Shown: positions 26,812-40,247 of the stretch, one piece after another
How the letters are laid out: each line of letters begins with the position of its first letter
Position numbering within the stretch: position 1 is the stretch's first letter
Assembly (NCBI RefSeq): GCF_006345805.1
Contig: NC_043011.1
Span: 15,698,464 to 15,762,463, forward strand
Length of the DNA: 64,000 nucleotides
Source of the DNA: Octopus sinensis
Lineage: Eukaryota
Direction of reading: 5' to 3'
Notes under the pieces: model-generated
Database searches by the model: none
Told to the model about the DNA's origin: nothing
Seen by the model: the letters and a program-made list of their open reading frames with translations, nothing else
Position numbers and translations under genes: made by a program

Positions 26812-27262
26812 ATATGTATATATATATATATATGTACATGTATGTATTTGTATGTAGGTGTACATGTATGTGTGTATTTGTATTTATATTTATTGGTGTA
26901 TATGTATAGACTAGCCTTCTAAGAGTGTAGACATGAATCTGTAGGTACGCGTACGTATGTGTATATACGTGAATGTATGTAGATGTATGTATGTATGAAT
27001 ATAACGCGTGCGTGCGTGTATGCGTATGAGTGTACGAATGAGTGAGTGTACGTGCTAAAGAGTGTGCGTGAGTGAATGAGTAATTGTTTTCCAGTTGACG
27101 GATAAATGGTCTGGCTGTCATAGCCAAGATGTTTGTGACCAAGCGGCCAAGATAACAAAAGTAATAAACGAAGATAATAAAATTAAAATTAGGGAATGGG
27201 TCTGTATTTGTATATGTATATATATATGTGTGTATGTGTAGGTATGCATGGGTACACATATG

Positions 27263-27293
<31 letters not shown>

Positions 27294-27640
27294 ATATATG
27301 TGTATATGTATGTGTATGTATGTATATATATGTGTATGTATGTGTATGTGTGGGTGTATATATATGTGTGTATGTGTATATATGTGTATATAGGACTAGT
27401 GTGCTGTGTGTGCATGTGTGTGTATGGATTTGTGTGTGTAGCGTGTATGTGAGTAGATGTGTGTGTATGTGTATATATATTTTTTTCTGTGTGTATATGT
27501 ATGTGTGATCGTGTGTGTATATATACATGTGTGTATACGTGTATGCAAGTGAGTGTGTGTATGTATACATATATATGTGTATGTGTAGATATGTATATGT
27601 ATGTGTGATTGTATATATATGTGTGTATGTGTAGAGGTAT
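25480..27640. repeat. 2.1-kb compound (TA/TG/TATG)n microsatellite with an internal duplication and one unique island
   Basis: Alternating purine-pyrimidine tract; ~120-bp duplicated block at 26642-26762 and 26833-26953; non-repetitive 27080-27200. Confidence 0.95.
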
Positions 27641-27683
27641 AAGTGAGAATCTCCTTATTTACCTAAAACTCTATTCCCCCCTT

Positions 27684-27699
<16 letters not shown>

Positions 27700-27714
<15 letters not shown>

Positions 27715-27795
27715 TTTTTTTTTATTTTTTATTTTTATTATTTTTTTTTATTTTTTATATTTTTTATTTTTTATTTTTTATTTTTTTTTTCTTTT

Positions 27796-27832
<37 letters not shown>

Positions 27833-27925
27833 ATTTTTTATTTTTTATTTTTTATATTCTATATTTTTTATTTTTTTATTCTTTATTTTTTATTTTTTAT
27901 TTTTTATTTTTTATTTTTTATTTTA
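27700..27925. repeat. (TTTTTTA)n-like T-rich tandem repeat
   Basis: Direct reading of the sequence. Confidence 0.9.
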
Positions 27926-28071
27926 TTCTCCTATCTAATTTAACACTGACTCTGACTTGACCACTCCCCCAAGTATGATTTTTTGCGCTATGCCTACCCC
28001 CAAAAAGTCCCCCACCAACACCCCTTTAAACCTGCCTAAATGTATAAATGCCAATACAATTCTTGTTAACT

Positions 28072-28122
28072 AGCTTCCTGAAGATTTCTCTTGAATGAAA
28101 CAGTTCTAGTCCTGTAGAAGCT
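28072..28122 (+). ncRNA. Type-I hammerhead ribozyme, probably the 3' pseudo-LTR of the PLE at 23846
   Basis: AGCTTC CTGAAGA TTTC tctt GAAT GAAA CAG ttctagtc CTG TA GAAGCT: perfect 6-bp stem I, stem III near-palindromic, GUA triplet; U.U mismatch at the base of stem II. Confidence 0.75.
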
Positions 28123-28133
28123 CCTTCTATATA

Positions 28134-28179
<46 letters not shown>

Positions 28180-28847
28180 TTACAACGCGCACGCGCACAA
28201 CACATACTTAAAATCAAATTCGGTAACCCGAGAAGCAGAAATTGTGTTTAGGTAGCATTTGTAAGAGGCAACTCAGTTATTTGCATGTCTTAGATAGTTT
28301 ACAATTTAATAGTTAGCATTTTATCATCTCCTTGTCGAACTGAACATATCTGTGTCCGTTATTCTAAATACTACTTTAAAACCGAATCAAATGGATCAAA
28401 TTAATATGTAAGTTAATAAGAGATGCAGATTGCGCCTGATATATTGTATAAAAGAATATTTTCTGTTCAATAACGCCTATGCCATTCATGTAAACGAAAT
28501 GACTATCAGTAATATATTCAGATGAATATAGTGTGTAAGACTGACGTTTTTTTTCACCAGCAAATGCCTCATGTTGCGTATAAAATGAAACATGGTATTT
28601 ATCATGACCATCGAAAAAAAGTGCAAGACATTTATTTAGAGGGTCTGTTCTAAATGTGATTTCAAATTTAACTGTAGTTGATTTTACATTTTTACGTTTT
28701 AGCTAAGGCGCATACAATAACAGGAACAGTTCTTATTTTAAGATGCCGCTTCTTTTGCATTTCAATTTCCAGGTCTTTATAGTTCCTTAGTTTATCCAAT
28801 TCCTTGAGAGATATATTTTTTATCAGTGGGGAACTCTTACATCTATT

Positions 28848-29141
28848 GTGGAGGCACATGGCCTAGTGGTGAGAGCAGCGGACTCGCGGTCGAGGGATCG
28901 CGGGTTCGAATCTCAGACCGGACGATGTGTGTGTTTATGAGCGAAATACCTAAGCTCCAGAAGGTAATGGCGAACTTCTGCTGACTCTTTCGTACCAACT
29001 TTCTCTCACTCTTTCCTCCTGCATCTAGCAGCTACTCTGCGATGGATCGGCGTCCCGTCCAGGTGGGGAACCTATGCGCCAAGGAAACCGGGAAACCGTC
29101 TCTTATGAGCCAGGCATGGAACGAGAAGGAGAAGGAACAAA
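28848..29141 (+). mobile_element. tRNA-derived SINE, group A (with TSD)
   Basis: Homologous to 761-1072; 12-bp direct repeat CTTACATCTATT at 28836-28847 and 29142-29153. Confidence 0.92.
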
Positions 29142-29394
29142 CTTACATCTATTAGTTTACATGGGCAAGGAGATATTAGACAAGTGCAACAGCAAATGGC
29201 AAATAAATAAATAATGGTAATAAAAATTAGCGGACAAAATCCACAAACAAACGGTCTTTTAAATTAGAGGAGTATTCGTGGCATCCCATCTACATATTTG
29301 CTGTTCTTGCATTTGTAATGTCATCTAAGGAAAGTTATTTGAATATCACGAACGTCTACACTCCCACGCATACGCACCTACACGCATATTTCGA

Positions 29395-29447
<53 letters not shown>

Positions 29448-29506
29448 CTCTATCTGTCTGTCTATCGTTTTTCTATCTGTCTATATACTGTATATTATTA
29501 TTATTA

Positions 29507-29560
<54 letters not shown>

Positions 29561-29832
29561 CATTATTGTTATCATCAACATCATCATTATATTTATTACC
29601 ATCATTATCATTATCATCTCTCTAAAGGAAAGATACGGCAGCAGAACTGGGTAATAATAATTATCGCCAAGATTATGTAGCAGTCCTGAGAAATAGAACG
29701 TTAATTAGCTCGAAGAGGCCATCGTCTCAAGCAAGTTAAGTGACACACAAATCTGCGTCCATAAAACCATCGAACAGGAAAGGTCATCAGCTTCCACTTG
29801 CAGGTTTGTCTGGACTGCCACGTTAGCTTGGC

Positions 29833-29924
<92 letters not shown>

Positions 29925-30022
29925 TCGACGGGACGCAGTGGGACTGATCCCGGAGTCATGTGGTTGGTAAGCAAGTTGTGTATATATGTGTATATACATA
30001 TATGCATATATATATATATATA

Positions 30023-30060
<38 letters not shown>

Positions 30061-30380
30061 ATGTGTGTGTGTGTGCGTGTGTATATGTGTGTATGTATGT
30101 ATGTATGTATGTATGCATGTATTGTCTTCTTTTTCTCTGTTTTTTATTAACTATTTACCGCACGCTCACACCGGCCCCTGTCCTTCCGACTGACTTCGGA
30201 ACAGCTAATTTGGGGAAATTTTTCCACCATTCCAAAATATAACTACATGCTGATTGTTGGCGATCCACCCCTTCATTCCTTTTCTGACCGTCATACTAAT
30301 ACTTTGCATGTAATGTACCACATCCTCGCAGTTTTGATTTGTTCTTGTTGTCGATTTGCTCCGTTTTTTAATATAAATAT

Positions 30381-30442
<62 letters not shown>

Positions 30443-30506
30443 TATATATGTGTGTGTGTATGTATATATATGTATATATATATATACCCATATATATGTA
30501 TGTATA

Positions 30507-30537
<31 letters not shown>

Positions 30538-30571
30538 CATATATATGTATATATATGTATATATCTATATA

Positions 30572-30613
<42 letters not shown>

Positions 30614-30650
30614 TAAATATGTATGTATACATATGTAATATATATATATA

Positions 30651-30708
<58 letters not shown>

Positions 30709-32621
30709 ATATACATTTATATATATGCCTGTGTGTAGATATGTATGTATATATGTATGAATATTTTTAGTGTTTGCGTTGCCATGAAAACAAGTGTCCT
30801 CACGTTGAATTTGTAAGTGAACTGTCAATTCGGATAGTTACGACAATGGCAACAACATTAAATTAAAACTTTTACTGAATTTAAATGCGTTTAAGCAAAC
30901 AGTTTGAAGATGTACTTTTGCATTTTCCCCTGATCTGAATTAGACACTATTGCACGTTCTGAAAAGCATTTTCAATGATTAACTGACATTTTGTACTTAT
31001 TTTATCGGGAATGACATAAAAACCGTTACTTTGTATATGGGTTAAAAATGAGTAAAAAATTTAATTCAGCCACATTAACCTTGTCCGAACTTTTGACACT
31101 TTTGTTAGAAGGAGATGAATATGCCCTTTGTCAAGAAACCCGTTTTGAATTTGGCAACCGAATGATATTCACTTTACTTAACCATTATTTATTTACAAAT
31201 TGTTAGTATCTAATTAGTACGCATAATTTTGATACGGAAATTATAGTTTTCGACATTACCATATTTCAAGTGCTTCTACAAGTAGCGTTTTCTTCAAAAT
31301 GATTATTCTTTTACAAATACAGAAATCGCTTTGAACAAAAAATTAACAAAAGTATATATAGTCTCTGAATAGTAAAAACAAAGAGACAAAAATATTGATC
31401 TTAAGAAATTAAGATATCAGACATTATTAACATGTTAACCATTGTTGAATTATATGTTTCTAAATAAATTAAAATATTGTCTCATAGTAGCATCGTTTGA
31501 AATCCCGCCCAGAGACAATGGTTTTGACGTCGCAGATGAAAATATTTCTTAAAAGATTTCAAATCGGTGAATGACTGAAAATTGAACAGTCAAGCAATAT
31601 ACATTAATCTGCATTTTACAAAAATATTTGGTACATTCTCTGAAAGGATTGAAAAAAAAAATCTGAATGCAATTAAATAACAAATAAAAAATATCAATAT
31701 ATTTTTTTATTATGAGGATTTGTTTCACTTCTCAGCCTTTTAGCAAAGATTAAATCGTATTAATCAGGATTTTATAAACCCTGAATGAGATAAATCGTTA
31801 ATCTCTACAAACAGATATATATTACTACTTACCAAATGGAGACTATAAAGGAGCATATTGAGATTACTTACTAGAAACAAGAGGAATATTTAGAATCAAA
31901 TACATAAGCTTCAATAAACTAATGGTATTTAATTTATCTTAACCTAAAGAATATAGAGCAACATAGACAACGAGAAGTTATGAAGCGAGAATAATTCTGA
32001 AATAATTTTGATGTTTCCTTTCGTCTGCTTGGCAGTCAGTTAAATCAACCAAAACGTTTTTATATCTCAAATATCATTGTAATTAAAACTCTAATTTTCA
32101 ACTAGGATGATCAAATGCATAGAAGAAGAGCTAAACATCGCATCAGCTAATCCATAAAATGTGTTTTCATTTATGGTCTGAGATAACCATAATAGGCAAG
32201 AAATGCCATGAAGGAAAGAATGTCACCCCATATTTCTCTCTCTTATGTTTGAGCGCCGAAACTAAAAATCAATATTTATAAATAATATCCTGATGGCTGT
32301 GGAGCATGAGATAAACTGTTGCTCTAAAAGATGAATCATATTTCTAACGTCCTTTTGATCACCGTATTACTACTTTCGAGATAAAGAGAAAATTCTAACT
32401 GATCACTCAGTTTTGTATTCCTGAAAATTAAGCGGTTTCGAACAGAGTTTCCAAATTCCGGTTGAATGAATTGGGTCATGGTGCTGTTTTCGTCACAGAC
32501 TGTGCTCACCTGACCCTATTATACTGTGTAGTCGACAAATTCAAAAACAAATGGAGCACGAAATAAAAAATATGAAATGGTGACAATTTACTTATCGTAG
32601 TATATAAATATATATATATGA

Positions 32622-32705
<84 letters not shown>

Positions 32706-32706
<1 letters not shown>

Positions 32707-32830
32707 GAGGAAATTTACTGAACAAAGGACGAAGAAAGGTGTATGAACAACGGGCTGGTGTAATAGTTTGACGCTTGGGAAAGTGAGAAAGTATTTTACG
32801 TTTCGAGCCTGCGCTCTTCAACAGAAAGGA
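32706..32830 (-). mobile_element. Short pseudo-LTR-like repeat with variant minimal hammerhead (32794-32827)
   Basis: Minus strand TTT CTGTTGA A GAGC GCAG GCTC GAAA CGT A AAA; the downstream CTTTCTCACTTTCCCAAGCGTCAAACTATTACACC matches 7165-7200. Confidence 0.65.
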
Positions 32831-33255
32831 AGAATAGAAAATAAGGAGAGAAAGAATGTAAAAAAAAACTGGTGGATTTAGCGATCAAGCATGGCGACTG
32901 GTTGGGAAAAAGGTTTGACAATGAGGTTGAAAGAATGGTAGATAATTAAGTATTGGTGATCCCAAAACGAAGGTGCACGTGCGCGCGTGTGTGTATGTGA
33001 GAACATGTAAGTGTGTGTGTGGATATGAGCTAGTGACTGTGTCGTGTGGGTATGTGCCTTTGTAAATGTATGCATCTGTAATGTGTGCGTGTGGATTTCC
33101 TTTCTTCAAACGGCTGGAAGTCGATTTATATGTTCGACCGTTTGATAGCTTGCAGCATTAAAAAAAATTACCCACGATATTAAACTGGCTCCCTCATCGG
33201 TTTCGTTGCAATGTAAACGATTTGTTTATCAAAACAGCTCATTTCCAGAAATAGC

Positions 33256-34085
33256 TAAGTTAAGTTAGTTAAGTTACTTTTTTGGCTCAAAAAGTAAAAA
33301 GCAAGGCCATGTAGGGGGACAGGGAATTATGTACAGGGAGGGTGTTCATGCAATGAGTTCAGGCCATTTCTGGTCAAGAGAGACTTTGAACCGAGCGGTC
33401 GTCGGCATCTTCACTATCTCGTGCGGCAGCTTATTACACGGATCCGCAACCCGGACGGAGAAAGCCCCTTTCCTTCGATTGAGATGGAATCGTCGCAGAT
33501 AGAGCTTTTCGGAGTGACCCCGCAGACGACGCACTAGAGCAGGAGTGAAGAACAGCTCTTTCGAGAGGTTACACCTCCCGCTTATGATGTTGTGAGCGAG
33601 AATGAGATCACTACGGCGTCGTCGTTTTTCTAGAGAATAAAGTTCGAGCGTCTTCAGCCTTTCTTCATAAGACAAATGCTTGAGACCAAGAACCATGCGG
33701 GTAGCCAGCTTCTGGACTCTTTCGAGATGATGTATGTCTTTGAGGAGATAAGGAGAAGAGTCTTGAATCCCGTACTCCAATATGGGTCTCACCAGCGTGA
33801 CATAGAGCGGTAGAAATATGGCTGCTGTGAGCATTCCGAATGACCGTCGAATCAAAAACAGAACTCCGCGTGCTTTGTTGGCAGCATGGACGCACTGGAC
33901 CGAAGGCGAAAAGGAAGAATCCACCAAGATACCCAGGTCCTTTACCTGGTCGGTCCTCTCCAGCAGCAGACGACCCGGCTCGAAATCAAGTTGAGTTGCA
34001 GGAGAGGGCCAACAGGCAGATGGCAGCACTTTGACACGTTCAGGCATAGGTCCCATTCGTTAGACCATCTCCATGTTAAGGTTTT
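33256..34085 (-). mobile_element. 5'-truncated CR1-clade LINE (ORF2 C-terminus and 3' UTR)
   Basis: VKDLGILVD..AANKARGVLFLIRRSF..LYVTLVRPILEYG..LERVQKLATRMV..SYEERL..LRGH..FSVRV; 3' stem-loop TTACTTTTT/AAAAAGTAA and short TAACT-like terminal repeats. Confidence 0.92.
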
Positions 34086-34959
34086 CTCCTAAATAGTGTT
34101 TTCTGGTGATTATATACAAAGAAAAGTTAAAGGATCTGCGATAGGACACATGTAACACTCATGGTGCTACAGGAAATTGAAATAGCGTTTACAAGATATA
34201 TTTCATATGTTCCAGCAATTTAAACGCCACCAATTGGATAGAAAAACATTTACGTTAAATGCAAGAACAAAAACGCAAATATTTAAAGCTTAACTTTTTT
34301 ATATATTAATAAGGCAACTATAAACAGTATTACGATTAATTTTACTCACAATGAAATCTGAGAACATCAACTGACACGTGATAGGTGATAAAAGTTAAAA
34401 AACCTTATTTACAAAGGTAACCAATTAAAATTTCTCTATTTCAATTCATCTGATGTTGGGCTATTAAGTATATAATGGTAAATGGAAAGCTATCATCCCT
34501 GAAAATATTAAATGATGTTATAAACAAACCAGGTGTATCGACCCAAAATAATAAAAATTTGAAGCAATTACGTGGAATATTAAACTATACACCTCATTAC
34601 AAATAAAACGTGTAGTGTATTTTATTTGATAACTAATATAATTTTATGTTACCGTTGTAGGAGTGTGGCTAAATTTAATCGAATATCTTATCAGTTATTC
34701 ATATTCAGTCTTCACTTTATTTGAACCATTGTGAGAACGGACGAAACTATAGACTGCAAAGCCTTTGAGTTTCTATCACTAGCATGCCCGGGTTGCAATT
34801 ATTTGTAAAGCTGTTACAGGTCACAGATTCAGATAGAATGGGAAAATCTAATAGCAATGCGCTCAGCACATTAATGGGACGTATTTTATTGTGTCTCGTC
34901 AATTCGGGTGATTTACGTGTTGAATATTAACATAAATCCGCAAAGCATCGGTTCACGCT

Positions 34960-35355
34960 GGTTTCTTTATAAAATATTCTTTTCTACTCTAGGCACAAGG
35001 CCCGAAATTTTGGGGTAGGAGGCGAGTCGATTAAATCGACTCTAGTACGCAACTGGTACTTAATTTATCAACTCCGAAAGGATGAAAAGCGAAATCGACC
35101 TCGGCGGAATTTGAACTCAGAACGTAAACACAGACGGAATACCTATTTCTTTACTACCCACAAGGGGCTAAACACAGAAAGGACAAACAGGGACAGACAA
35201 ACGGATTAAGTCGATTACCAGTGCATAACTGGTACTTAATTTATCGACTCCGAAAGGATGAAAGGCAAAGTCGACCGCGTCGGAATTTGAACTCAGAATG
35301 TAACGGCAGTATTTCGCTCGGCGTGCTAACGTTTCTACCAGCTCCCCGCCTTAGT
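34960..35355 (-). mobile_element. Dimeric group C SINE (two cores, two tails) with a common TSD
   Basis: Core ACTGGTACTTAATTTATC.AC.CCGAAAGGATGAAA..TCGACC..GGAATTTGAACTCAGAA occurs twice (35052-35125 and 35228-35300); flanked by ATCGGTTCAC(G/A)CT at 34947-34959 and 35356-35368. Confidence 0.8.
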
Positions 35356-36430
35356 ATCGGTTCACACTAACGACTCTCTCACTAACTTAGAAAGTTATTT
35401 ATAGGATCTTCTTGCATTTAAAACATATGGAAATTTGGCAGACTACAGGAAGAAAAATGTAATTATTGCGCTTCTAATTTCTGAAATATAACTATTTTAC
35501 AGGGGTTTCGAGACATATCTCAATGTTACAAATGGATATAATAGCTTTGCAATATTCGATCAATAAATTACAGAGTAGTTGAATGAGATGTAATAATCAA
35601 TAAAAAATGAAGTTATTTAATGAAAAGATTAATTGGTAAAATAAAATATATTATTTATGCACATAGGAAAACTTATTGACGAAGCTAAAGAAATTATCGT
35701 GAATGTGCTATTTATTCTCATTAAAATTTAGTATCGTCTCCCTGAATTGTTAGTAGTTTTCAAATACCGCTTTACTGTGTGCGTTCTATAGACTATAAAT
35801 ATTCGATCACCGAGGCTTCATGACAACTGTTTTCTGTTTTCTGTCATTTAATGATATATAATTTCCTGTGGTATCAATCTGCTAATAAATCTATAAACTC
35901 TATCTACTTTCACCTTCGTGTTCAATAGTTCACATGTAGTATGCAGTTCTAAGGGTATAGGATGCATAGGTGTCTCTTATATAAGATCCAGGACCGGATA
36001 ATGTCGATACATTTCCCCATAACCTAGCGAAAATTAGAATTAGCTACTGAGAGATAAATATACAAAATTATGTATTTTTGTAATTTTGTATATTTATCTT
36101 TTCTGTATTTTTCTCTGGAATTTTAATACGTCATTTTAATATGTCATTGTGTGTTTTATTACCCCAAATTTTTAATTTAACAAATTTTTACTAAATGTTT
36201 TATGATTTTAAGCGTAAATTGAATGTGTTATATATGCAACATTGATTCTTATATAGTTATTTTTATATGGTGTTTATATATTTATATATTACTAAACTTT
36301 TAAACGTCCGACTTTATATCTGTTCTGTAGATATAAATGAATATATGAATATATGTATGTGTTTGATCTTCTGTGGATTTTGTAATGTTCCTTTAGTTGT
36401 TGCTGACATTGCCTCCCCTCGGATTAATAA

Positions 36431-36487
<57 letters not shown>

Positions 36488-36829
36488 ATTAAATCTATGT
36501 CGATCATAGAGTGACCAATGGTTTCGCATCTACAAAGGGCTTTGCCACGTGGACGGCTCGCCTGATTCTAAAGTTGAAAACAAGTGTAACTCTTCATCTA
36601 TGGGGAGCAGCAATCTGTTACAGTCAATTTGTTACTAAATCACCAAAGAATAAACACTCCGTGTCAGCGAGGACGGGTTACCTCTCTTAGACCAGTTTAT
36701 TTGGACAAAAGTGGGGTATAGGGCATTTTGCCTTTGGACTGCTTTCAGTTCGTAAGGGCTTTTTCGGGCCTAATCGGAGAACAGACATGAATGCAGGGGC
36801 TGAAAACCGCCTCCCCTAAAACTGCTGGT

Positions 36830-37370
36830 CTTTTATCCGAATTCCATCTGAACATCAGCAATGAAATAGTAGGGAAAATTCAACAAGTGTCTTACTTGTA
36901 TCTCATTCTTGCCACAGCTTTATATTATCAATGATGATTGGCACTCAGTATTTTCCCCTTGAAATGATATTCCCGGTCTATTTTATTCAGCACCAATGTC
37001 AGAAGTTTCATTCATTGTCCAAAATGCACAGAGATAAGCTATCTGCGTGTAAAATACCTGTCGTCATGCCCAGAGTGCCCAAGCTTTGTCCCTACGATAA
37101 CAACTGAGATTTGAAGCCCTCCATGCATTTCTTCAGAAAGCATGTTACATTCCTTACAATTTCAAACGTATCCAAGTACTCCACGAATGGGGAATCATAT
37201 TGTAAGTTTTGCCGTAATCAATCCAGCCATTCCTAAATTTGTCTTCTTTTGTTTACAATCTTTTACTACCATTTCATCTATCAATAATTAGTCTTTGGCA
37301 CTGCTGCATTTCTTTTTACAATCCATGTGGTACCATTGGTACAATGTCATTACCATTTTTGTTTTGCAGC
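36830..37370 (-). pseudogene. Decayed R4/Dong-like LINE reverse transcriptase fragment
   Basis: CKKKCSSAKD*LLIDEMVVKDCKQKKTNLGMA and later motifs correspond to the EQKGC..KDQLLID..AWIDY..FQGDSLSP region; many stops and frameshifts. Confidence 0.7.
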
Positions 37371-37667
37371 ATAGCTAGCAGTAGCTGTATAACAAACGGA
37401 CCCACCCTACTGCCTCCTGAGACGCTTGCCTAGTCCAGTATCTTCACTGTTCCATGCCCGATCACACCGCTATATTTAGCTATTTCGTTTGTCATTTTCA
37501 CTCATAAATGAGGTACGTTTTGAGGGTGTGCCGCCAAGCTATATCTTTAACGAGATACTCTCTCTAAAAAGGTTGAGTACTGGGGACAATGTAATCCACA
37601 TCCTCCTCCCCTTGTATCTATAGTAGAAACGTTTATTATTATTATTTATTATTATTATTATTATTCA

Positions 37668-38464
37668 GTAGTTTTATTTTTATAGCGTGCTTTCACTTCA
37701 CTACCGAGCGCCGCTCTGTGTGCTTTGGGTATGTGCTGTGATTTGTTGTGATGCTCTGCTGGTTATTGTATGGAAAGTGTTCTGCGTAGGATGTGTGCAG
37801 TGCCTAGTAGTGCAATTTTCTGTATGTTATATGTGTTTGTAAGTCCTGGTGTTTTTGTTATGTATTTGTCTGAATATTTTTTTATCATGCCTAATGCACC
37901 TACTATGATAGGAATTGTTTCTGTTTTCAGGTTCCACATTCTAGTTATCTCTATTTCCAGGTCCTTGTATTTTGAGAGTTTCTCCATCTCTTTTAGAGAC
38001 ACGTTGTCATCTGCCGGTATTGATACATCAATTAGAAAGCATTTTTTTTCTTCATGATCTCTGACAACTATATCTGGTCTGTTGGCCTTAATTTCTCTGT
38101 GTGTATCGGCATATCCCAGAGTATGGTTGCTTTCTCGTTTTCTGTGACCTTTTCTGGTGTGTGCCTATACCATCTTTTTTCTGTTGTTATTCCATAATGT
38201 TGGCATAGCTTCCAATGTATGTAGGTTCCAACTCTGTCATGTCTGTGAATATATTCCTTCTTAGCCAGGACTGGCAGCCAGAGATAATATGATTTTGTTT
38301 CTTGTCCATCTCCACATTCTGCAGTTACTTGTAATATTTCTTTTCATTACATGTTTTTGGTAATTTCTGGTGGGGAGGCTTTGGTCTTGTGCTGCAATTA
38401 AAAATCCCTCTGTTTCTGCTTTGAGTCCTGAGCTTCTCAACCATTGCTGGGATTTTTCTTTGTC

Positions 38465-38465
<1 letters not shown>
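37668..38465 (-). mobile_element. 5'-truncated R4/Dong-like LINE (CCHC finger, restriction-like endonuclease, 3' UTR) flanked by (TAA)n
   Basis: QQWLRSSGLKAETEGFLIAAQDQSL, CRICG..ETI, RHDRV, LWDMPI, LIDVSIPADDNVSLKEMEKLSKYKDLEIEI..PIIVGALG..ALLGTAHILRRTL; TTA repeats on both sides. Confidence 0.9.
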
Positions 38466-38546
<81 letters not shown>

Positions 38547-38613
38547 TATTATTATTATATTATTATTATTATTATATCATCATTATTATTTTATTATATT
38601 ATTATTATTTTTG

Positions 38614-38661
<48 letters not shown>

Positions 38662-38733
38662 CATTATTATTATTTATTATTATTATTATTATTATTATCA
38701 TTATTATTATTATTATTATTATTATCATTATTA

Positions 38734-38768
<35 letters not shown>

Positions 38769-38798
38769 CATTATTATTATTTATTATTATTATTATTA

Positions 38799-38829
<31 letters not shown>

Positions 38830-38840
38830 CATTATTGTTA

Positions 38841-38871
<31 letters not shown>

Positions 38872-38952
38872 TATTATTATTATTATTATTATCATTTTTA
38901 TATCATTATATTATTATTATTATTATCATTATTTTATATTATTATTATTATC

Positions 38953-38984
<32 letters not shown>

Positions 38985-39049
38985 CATTATTATTATTATT
39001 ATTATTATTGTTATTATTGTTATTATTATTATTATTATTATTATCATTA

Positions 39050-39081
<32 letters not shown>

Positions 39082-39208
39082 TATTATATTATTATTATCA
39101 TTATTATTATCATTATTATTATTATTATTATCATATTATTATTATTTATCATTATTATTATTTATTATTATTATTATTATTATCATTATTATTATTATTA
39201 TTATTATT

Positions 39209-39267
<59 letters not shown>

Positions 39268-39270
39268 TTA
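38466..39270. repeat. ~800-bp (TTA)n microsatellite
   Basis: Direct reading; explains the poly-Y/L/I ORFs in the track. Confidence 0.97.
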
Positions 39271-39654
39271 TAGACACGTATTGCACATTGTAGGCTTGTT
39301 ATTATTTTTGTTTTTAAACAAAGTCATATATTGAACATTTGTTATCGTTTTCTAAATAAATTAACCAGACCATTAGGGCTCTGGTTAGTTTTCTCAGTCT
39401 GTGGTACTTAGGAGCTTAAATGGGGTTTGTTTAGTAAAGATACGCCCACCTCAATTTTTGTTTGAAAAGTAAAAGGTGGCGAACGAAGATTGTGTGTCCG
39501 ATGAGAAAAAGAAAAGGACCAGGCAGTGACAACAGCAGATGTAGTAACAATGATAATAGCAACAGAAGCGACATCACAGCACAGGAAACGTATGACGGTA
39601 ATTTCAAGACTTCCATCAACATCACGAAAATCAGGAGCACTAGCAAGAACGCTG

Positions 39655-40215
39655 CCACCTCCATCACCACAACCACCACCACCACCACCACCACCACAAC
39701 AACAAGCATTCCCTCCTTCTCCTCTCCCACTCCTCTTCTACCTCCTCCTCCACCTCCTCCACCTCCACTTCCTCCTCACGTCCTCCTCCTCGTCCACCAC
39801 CACCACCACCACCACCACCAGAACAACAACCACCACCACCACCAACATCACCACCACCACCACCGCCACCACCGCCACCAACCACCACCAACAACAACAA
39901 CAACAACACCAACACCAACATCACCACCACCACCACCGCCACCACCACCAGAACAACAACCACCACCCCACCACCACCACCACCCACCAACAACAACAAC
40001 AACACACCACACCAACATCACCACCACCACCACCACCACCACCACCAGAACAACAACCACCACCACCACCACATCACCACCTCCACCACCAACACCAACA
40101 CCCCTGCCAACAACAACAACAACAACAAACCACCAACATCACCACCACACCACCACCACCACCAGAACAACAACCACCACACCAACACCAACATCACACC
40201 ACACCAACCACCGCC

Positions 40216-40247
<32 letters not shown>

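Noticed and set aside
25419-27570. Long ORFs of Y/I/H/T or V/C/M (also 38370-39334, 29705-30738, 42029-42311 and similar)
   Set aside because: Translations of di- and trinucleotide microsatellites; no coding evidence.
30779-30792. RFX X-box-like GTTGCCATGAAAAC
   Set aside because: One mismatch to consensus and no evidence of a promoter nearby.
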